Source: Reclinomonas americana ATCC 50394
Lineage: Eukaryota
Direction of reading: 5' to 3'
DNA length: 20,000 nucleotides
NCBI GenBank assembly: GCA_048213135.1
Contig: PS015122.1
Location: forward strand, 44,130-64,129
The number at the start of each line of letters is the position of its first letter. Position 1 is the stretch's first letter. Shown here piece by piece: positions 12,868 to 20,000 of this stretch. The notes beneath the pieces were generated by a model. It saw only the letters and a list, made by a program, of their open reading frames with translations, was not told the origin of the DNA and did no database searches. A program made the position numbers and the translations under genes.

Positions 12868-14189
12868 ATGAGCGACGAGCAGCCTCGCTGTCCACTCAAC
12901 TGGAGTGTACGCGAGGAGCCCACTGCCTCCTCCTCCACCGGCCTCGTCGGCGCAGTTGCGTATGCGCAATCTTTGTAAAAAAGAAGTTTGCGCGCGAAAA
13001 TCACACTCACAGAAAAACAGCGTCGCGGTGTCACTCTTCCTCCGATTGTCGTTGCTCCACAACTGCCTTCCTTTAGCGGCGGTGGCAGCAGTGATGCAGG
13101 CGCAGAGGCTTCTATGATTGTGGCCGCGGCCTTGGCTGCAGCAGCTGCGCGACAGACAGAGACGTCGTCGCCGGTGACTCCTCCCCACTATGCGCCTTCG
13201 CCACTGTCGCCGACGCGTTTGTGGGCCGGTCAGCAGGTGTATCAGTATGCTCCGGTGGTGGTGGCGAGTGAGGCGGAGGAGGCGGCGTATTATGAGTCGG
13301 CAATTGCGTTGGAGCTGAAGGCGTTTGCGGCGGATCTTGGAGCTGCTTCTTCTTCGACGACGACGACCACAACGACGACGACTACTGTGAGTGGGAAGCG
13401 TTTGCGAGGAGAGGACGAGCAGGAGGAGCAGGTGGCGGCGACGGTGGCGGTCAAGAGACCACCGAGAAAGCGCAGAAAGCTGCTGATCTCGTCGTCGGAC
13501 GATGGTGCCGATCGGAAGAAGAAGGCGAAACGAAAGACACTGGCATCTCCTTCCTCCTCGTCATCGTCATCGTCGTCGTCGTCATCGTCGTCATCATCTT
13601 CTGATGAAGGCGACGATAAGCCACTGTCGGCGCTGCTCATGGGAAAGAAGGGCAAGCAGGTCAATCATCGCTGTCCACCACCACAGTCGTTCCATCTGTG
13701 TGCTCACTGCCGACGTGCAGGCCAAGAGTGCTGCTGCTGCTCCTGCTCCTGTTCCACCACCACCACCACCACCTCCAGCTCCAGCTCCAGCTCCGGCTCC
13801 GGCGCAACCTGCGCCGCCCAAGATCCGCACCAGTGGCAAGAAGCTGAAGATTGAGCAGGCGGAGATCCCGCGCTTCAAGTACGACTCGACGGCGCCCATC
13901 TTCAGGTGCCCGTCCTCACCCTCGCCAGTGATGTCCCTTGCTCCTCACTCTCATGTCCATGCGCAGTGGTATTCGGCAAAAGATGTTGGGTGCACTGATC
14001 GAGCAAGCGGCGTGGTTGCCGCAATGCCTCAACGCGAAACACGTGATTCGGTACGCGATGCAGCTGGAGGAGAACGCGTACACTCGGAGTCGTGGAGTGG
14101 AGGTGGTGTACAAGGGATCGATAGCGGCCGATGTGATGCGCATCAAGAGGGCGGTGGCGAGCAAGGAGATGTTGACAGACGTGCGGTAA
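12868..14189 (+). CDS. Low-complexity, probably nuclear protein with a C-terminal REXO1/RECQL5-KIX-like helical domain; spliced
   Basis: Proposed ATG at 12868 with intron 12955-13020 (alternative ATG at 13114); further introns 13660-13720 and 13906-13966. Contains poly-T, poly-S and poly-P tracts, basic NLS-like KRPPRKRRK and RKKKAKRK, and C-terminus IPRFKYDSTAPIFSGIRQKMLGALIEQ...AMQLEENAYTRSRGVEVVYKGSIAADVMRIKR. Confidence 0.7.
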
Positions 14190-14362
14190 ACGACAAGAGT
14201 AGATTTGGCTTGGGGAAACGAAACAGCATTTACACACACACGCACTCACGCATGCACACGCGGAGGATCCGGTGGCTGGTGGGAGGGGAAAGAACAACGG
14301 GAAACACGCACGACCGGCACAATGAGGACGGCAGATATTTGGGGGTGTGAAGCGCAGGAGAC

Positions 14363-15569
14363 TCAGTTCTCTTGCTCGTCGGTGTCCGGCTCGGCGTCCT
14401 TCTCGCCACCGTCGTCGTCGGGCAGCACAAAGTCGTCCTCCACGGCGTACCTGCATTGGTGGTGAGTGTCACCACGCGGGTGTGCATCATCCTGCGGGAG
14501 GCGAGACGCAACAGAATCTTGGTGACTTCCTCGAGGAAAGGTGGCACGGCGTCGGGGGCGGCCTCCTGCGTTGTCTGGCACATAATCTCAATGTCGCGCA
14601 GCTTGCCAAAGTAGAAGTCACGCTCGCGCTCCAGGCCGTCCACAATCAGCTTCAGCTCGGCCAGTTGTTGCTNNNNNNNNNNNNNNNNNNNNNNNGGAAG
14701 GAGAAGGAGAGCAAAAGAGACGGTGCAGGGGAGGATGACAAGGAAGAGATTTGCATGGGGAGTTTTTGGAGACCTTCGATCTGCGTCAACGCCGGCCGCT
14801 TGACTGTTCGGTGGACACATGTGCACACACGCATACACACACACAATGCAGGGCACCGACGATGTATGAGCGGCTTTGCCGAGGAGCAGTACCCATGCTT
14901 TTTCCTCCTCTGAAACTCACTCTGGCCCAGTTCCCCGACGCACACACGCACACACAATCAGCACGCCCTCAAACCGTTGTAGCGGGCAATGGCCGAATCG
15001 CGCTCGTACTTGGCGTCGTACGGCGTCTGGTCGTAGTGCAACTCAAAATACCGCTTCATCCACTGCAGATGCGTGGTGAGCCGCGTGTGGAGCGAGAAAA
15101 CAATCATCAGCAACACTACAAACGCGCCTGCACAAACTCCAAGTTGTCGAGGTACTTGGCCTTGACGAGCTTGTCGACCTCAATGTTCTGCACGCGCGCA
15201 GTCAGTCGCCGTGTGCAGCGCAGCTGCGAGAATAATAATGAGTACCTTCTTGATGTTCAGCTTGCTGAAAGCCGCCTGCAGGATCTTGAAGTTGTTGACA
15301 TACTCGTGCTCCAGCTTGGCGTTGAAGTTGACCTTGTGCAGTGCGATCGAGTCTGCACACACAAGTTGTCAGTCAGCAGACAGCACAGAAATGCACAGGG
15401 TGCCCGAGGAGCGCAATACACACCAGGGAACAGAATGTGCATCAGCTGGCAGTGAGCCGCTCCTGTGAGAGAGAGGCAAGGCGANNNNNNNNNNNNNNNN
15501 NNNNNNNNNNNNNNNNNNNNNNNNNNNNNNNNNNNNNNNNNNNNNNNNNNNNNNNNNNNNNNNNNNNNN

Positions 15570-15617
<48 letters not shown>

Positions 15618-16284
15618 ATGTGTGTGTGTGCATGTGTGCGTGTGTGCAAGTGGGCAAGTGCGTGTGACTGTGTGTGACTGTGTGCATCACCCACCTGAGG
15701 CAAAGTCCTCGATCTTCTTCTGATCCTGCACAGAGGAAAGAAGAAGAGGAAGAAGAGTGAGTGGCGATCGCCATCGCACTCTCTCTCTCTCACTCTTCCG
15801 CTCACACACACACACACACAAACCATTTGAAGCAGCTCATTCGCCCACGCCAGGATCTCGTATCGACTGACAAAGTAGGCACTGCATGTGCGCACAAAGA
15901 CAAAGAGAGAGAGAGAGAATGAGCGCGCGAAATGCCATTGACAACAACAACAGTCACGTCATGTGTGTGTGAGATCAGTTGGCGCTCTTTTTGTATGCAA
16001 AGTGACTGCTCTTCTCTCTCTCTCTCTGCTTGTGTGCGCAAGTGTGTGCCTCAGTGAGTGTGTGACACAGCAGCAACACAATCGAACATCTCTCTCACTC
16101 AGTGTTTGCTGTGTCTCTTGTCTGTGAAGTCAACAAACCTGTCCATCATGCCTTACTCGTTCAACACACACGCACACACACACACACACACAACGAGACA
16201 ACACACACAAGTCAGTGTCTTCGTTTTTTTCCACTGCATTTTTTCATCGCACAGACCGATGGCTTCTCCTGCGCCTGCGTCCAT
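14363..16284 (-). CDS. EB1: Microtubule plus-end binding protein EB1 (MAPRE family); spliced, spans two gaps
   Basis: CH domain: [107 protein letters not shown] domain: [28 protein letters not shown]...KIL|YAVEDDF. Confidence 0.97.
15063..15127 (-). other. GC-AG intron (65 nt) in EB1
   Basis: The conserved DNLEFVQ|WMKRYF junction is restored only by CAG|gcgcgt...ctgcag|TGG. Confidence 0.88.
15570..15647. repeat. (GT)n microsatellite, degenerate at its 3' end, in an EB1 intron next to a gap
   Basis: Read directly. Confidence 0.93.
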
Positions 16285-16438
16285 GATTGCTCTCTCTTTC
16301 CTTTACACACACAGCACACACAGAGCACACACAAAGAGTCTTGAGTGCGTGGACAATCGGCGAGCACGCAACGTTCATATTCGCTTCCCGCCAAATCGCC
16401 ATTGTCCACACTTCCGATTTTCGAGAGAGAGAGAGAGA

Positions 16439-18684
16439 ATGAGCCAGCGTCGCTTTGATTTGACTGTGTTTGGTGCCACGGGTTACACTGGTTACTAGTC
16501 CATCGCAGCATGCTTCACTCTATGCATTTTTTCACTCACTTTTTTTGTCTTTTTTGTGTCTTTGTGTCTTTCTCTCTGTGTGTGTGTTGTTGTTGTCAGG
16601 CACGCTGATTGCCGAGTACCTCGCAAAGCAGCATTACGATGCGAGCAAGCTGTGTTTGGCCGGGCGGAGGTGAGTGCTTGCGTGAACGGAGTTGATTGAT
16701 CGGAGTTCGCATGCACGCACACACGCGTTTCTCTCCGTCTCCTCTCTGTCTGTGTCTCTGTCTGCATGTGCATGAGTGGCCGAGTGCGCCCTTGTGTCTG
16801 TGTGCATTGGAACTTGTACAAAGTGAAGATTCTCTCTCATGATCACTTTGCAGCAAGGAGAAGCTGGAGGCTCTCAAGAAGCACTTGGAGGTGCGTGCAT
16901 TCTCTCCTCCTCCCTGCCTGCCTGCCTCACACTCTCTGTATCTCACCGCGCACACTTGCCCGACATGCAGAGCATTGAGAAATCGTTCAATCGCGTCAAC
17001 CTGCTGGTGGCCAGTGTCGACAATGCCGACGAGGTCGAGGCCATGATCCGCCTCACCAAGGTCGTTGTCAACTGCGTTGGTCCCTTCTTCCGCTACTCCG
17101 AGGTCGTCGTCCGCAACTGTGTCGAGCACGGCACTGATTACGTCGATATCACGTTGCGTCACTCTCTCGAATACAGGTCATCTGCTCCTCACTCATGCGC
17201 GAGTGCAGTGGCGAGCCCAACTTCATTGCGCTGATGATGGACAAGTATCAGGAGCAGGCCGAGCGCAACAATGTGCTCATTATTTCTGCGTGCGGCTTCG
17301 ATTCGGTGCCCGCCGATGTCGGCGTGCAGTACGCGCGTCAGCAGTTCGGCATCGATCGTGTGCGCTCCGTCGAGGGCTATGTGTCGCTGAAGAACTTTGG
17401 GTTGTCGGCCGGCACGTGGAACACCATGCTGGACAGGTGGGGCAATGGGGGGAAGAGGGGAGGGGGAGGAAAGGGGCAAGGGGGATAGAGAAGGCGCAGA
17501 AGCAAGAATTGTGAGGGCATGTGTGTGTTTATGCGAGAGAGCGAAGCTGAGGAATATGGTAGTCTCTTGAATTCGTCCACCAGGTGATAGAAACAGATTT
17601 TGTCACTCTCTGTGGTGGTGCTTCATGAGACGGAGCAAGCGTCGTATTCGTGTCAGATGAGAAGAAGTGTGAGGAAAGCGTTGATGAGCACCGAGAGGGA
17701 GAAATTGAGTACTGCATTAGCGTGTCATGTTTGCGTTTATTGCGGGCACCGCCGTCGCCTTCCGCTCACCATCGCTTCTCCGACCCCACAGCATCGCCAA
17801 CGCCAAGCAGATGGCTGCCGTGCGTCGCAAGAGTGCTGGCCCGCCGCCGGCTTCGATCCCGAAGGTCTGCTCTTTCCACGTATTCCTTTTCCAAACTCTC
17901 TCTCTCTCTCTCACGTATTCTCGCGTCGCGCAGGAAAAGCGCGTGCTCAAGAAGCTGCCGCACAAGTGCAAGCAGATGGACAACACGTGGTGCATTCCAT
18001 TTGCCACCTCCGACCCGTTTGTGGTGCGCAAGACGATTGAGATCCAGGCGGACAAGTCGATGCCCTACTTCCAGTACGGCCACTACCTGTCGGTTGGCGG
18101 TCTGTTCCGACTGATCATCATGGCGCTGGGATTCGCGTTGGGTTGCGTCGATCAGCACGCGAGCAAGAACTCGGCCTGTGACTCACTTGTGTTCGTGCCA
18201 GTGTTCCTGCTTGCCAAGTTCAAGCTCACGCGCGACCTGCTCCGCAAGTACAAGTCGGAGGGCTCGGGGTGAGTTACCTGGAGGAAGGGTGCGTGTGTGC
18301 TCGACCTTTCTCAACTGTGTGATCTCGGCTCGTGCAGCTCGTCGGTCGAGAGCCGCCAGTCGAGTCGCTCGAGAATTCTGTTCGTCGCTCGCGACGACAA
18401 CGGGAAGCTCCTGGGACAGGCGGAGTTCACCGGCGCTGATCCCTATGATGTCACCGCTGTGACTGTCGTGCAGGCGGCGCGCGTGTTGCTGGAGAAGAGA
18501 GTTGCGTCTGCAACGCTACCTTTCTCTCTCCATCTCACTGTTCTTCTCACACGCTGCTGCTGCTGTTGCGCAGGAGCAACTGCCGATGCGTGGTGGTGTG
18601 GCCACCCCAGTGTCGGCACTCGGCGACGTGTACACGGACTACCTGATGCGCTGCCCGGAGATTGCCTTCCGCAAGGTGGAATGA
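16439..18684 (+). CDS. SCCPDH: Saccharopine dehydrogenase-like oxidoreductase (SCCPDH family); spliced
   Basis: Rossmann N-terminus MSQRRFDLTVFGATGYTG, then LAGRS|KEKL, VVVNCVGPFFRYSEVVVRNCVEHGTDYVDIT|GEP, IISACGFDSVPADVG, SAGTWNT, DPYDVTA and GGVATPVSALG. Stop TGA at 18682-18684. Confidence 0.93.
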
Positions 18685-18743
18685 GAGAACACCGTAGAGA
18701 GAGCATACAAGTTCACTCGCGCGTTCTTCGCCCGCCTTCCCCG

Positions 18744-20000
18744 TCACCTATCGCGTTCTGGTGGCGAGCCCAGTGAAAATGGCTCGAGTGCTGTTGTTGT
18801 TGTTGTTGTTGTGGCCACTGTGGGTGCGCCACGCCCAGCCGGTGGTGCGGCAGGTGGCGGACCGGGAGCGGCGGCCGCCGACTGTGAAGGCGTGGTCTGA
18901 ATGGCGGGGAGTACCGGCAAGCGGAAACCTCGTCCCCGACCGACCGCAGTGCTCACTGGTGTTCTGCGCAGTGACAACAACCGAGTCAAGAGTCGAGCAA
19001 AGTGGGTGCGCGGCGACACGTAGCTATACGAAACGACATGTTGGAAAGGGGCGTCGTCGACCCCGGTGGCCCCACGGAGCCCACGCCCGCCGCACTGCAA
19101 GACACATAGAAGTGAGGGAATAGAGGGCACACACACACACATCGAGGCGAGAGCGGATAACGGTACCTGGGCGACGGGCCAGGAGCGCCGCGACCTCGTC
19201 CTCGTCCCATCACGCCCGCCAGGAGCGATGACACGGCACTGCCTCCCGCACAGCACGTGTGAGCGATGATGCATACGACAGTTGCAACAACATGGAGTAA
19301 CGCACCTTGGTTGCTCAGCAGGTGGTCGATCGCGAGTCGGTCGTTCCTGATCGCGTACCACACCGTCGTCCTCGTCCGAATCGTCGTCGTACACGCTACG
19401 GCCTGTGGCGGCGGCAGTTGTGAGAAGAAGTGGTTCGCGCACCACTTTCATGGATCCACACACCTCGTCCCAAGGGCGCTGCTGCGGTGAGTCCACCCGG
19501 TGTGGTGGTGGTGGTTGTGGTGGTTGTGGTGGTCATCGGTGCACCACCAGCGGAGCCAGCGCGCAGCCACGATGGCGCCCCTGTGCCCGCTGGTGGTGGA
19601 GCAGCAGCGGTGGCCGGCGGTGGACTGGCCACTGAACCTGCACTTCCGCGACCTCGTCCTGCTTGTGAAATGAGAACAAAGAGAGCAGGAGAAGAAGGAG
19701 AGGGTTGGGAGGGGGTGGAGTGGAGTGGAGCGCACCTCGTCCACCCAGCGCGCCCAACACACTCGACATGAAGCGACCGCCGGCAGCAGGTGAACCAAAG
19801 TTCGTGCTGGCGCGAAGGCCGCCGACGGATGGAGGACTGTGGGGAGGGAGGGAGAGGAAGGGAAAGGGTGAGTATTCGTGGCAAAGACAACAAGGGTTGA
19901 CAGCAGCGAGGTACTAGCACGAGCAGATTGAGAGAGAACGGAAGTAGAGACAAGAAGCTCTCTCTCTCTCTCTCTCCCGCAACCACAACCCTGGATACAT
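18744..20000 (-). CDS. Hypothetical low-complexity protein rich in GRGRG, Pro and Thr; spliced, possibly 5'-partial
   Basis: Exons join in frame through GT-AG introns: ...GALGGRA|GRGRGSAGS...PLGR|GRSVYDDDSDEDDG...|SAVSSLLAGVMGRGRGRGAPGPSP|...TPVSTAVGRGRGFRLP...PPERDR*. No recognisable folded domain. The ATG at 20000 may or may not be the start. Confidence 0.6.

Noticed and set aside
12987-13000. E2F-like site TTTTCGCGC (minus strand); similar sequence near 15924-15932
   Set aside because: Both fall inside inferred introns, and short CG-rich matches are expected by chance.
17437-17791. Intronic snoRNA or G-quadruplex in the long SCCPDH intron
   Set aside because: A TGATGA occurs near 17682, but I see no matching downstream CTGA box or terminal stem. 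The G-runs are present but nothing indicates function.

Overview
Gene-dense, intron-rich eukaryotic DNA, probably a protist (lineage cannot be determined), with microsatellites and four N-gaps. I reconstructed nine spliced genes by hand: (1) 3' part of TARBP1/Trm3 tRNA Gm18 methyltransferase; (2) a phospholipid scramblase; (3) a ~363-aa two-TM protein with DEG/ENaC- and PAC(TMEM206)-like motifs; (4) a sterol-glucosyltransferase-like GT-B enzyme; (5) an EXD1-like DEDDy 3'-5' exonuclease fused to a degenerate Upf1-like (SF1B) helicase domain; (6) a low-complexity protein ending in a REXO1/RECQL5-KIX-like helical domain; (7) EB1/MAPRE; (8) a saccharopine dehydrogenase-like oxidoreductase; (9) a GRGRG-rich disordered protein. 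The most striking signal is a recurrent non-standard 5' splice site, GTTGCG(T), at about 17 of roughly 70 inferred introns across all nine genes. It looks like the local GTGCGT donor shifted by one base. All exon models are manual and lack RNA support.
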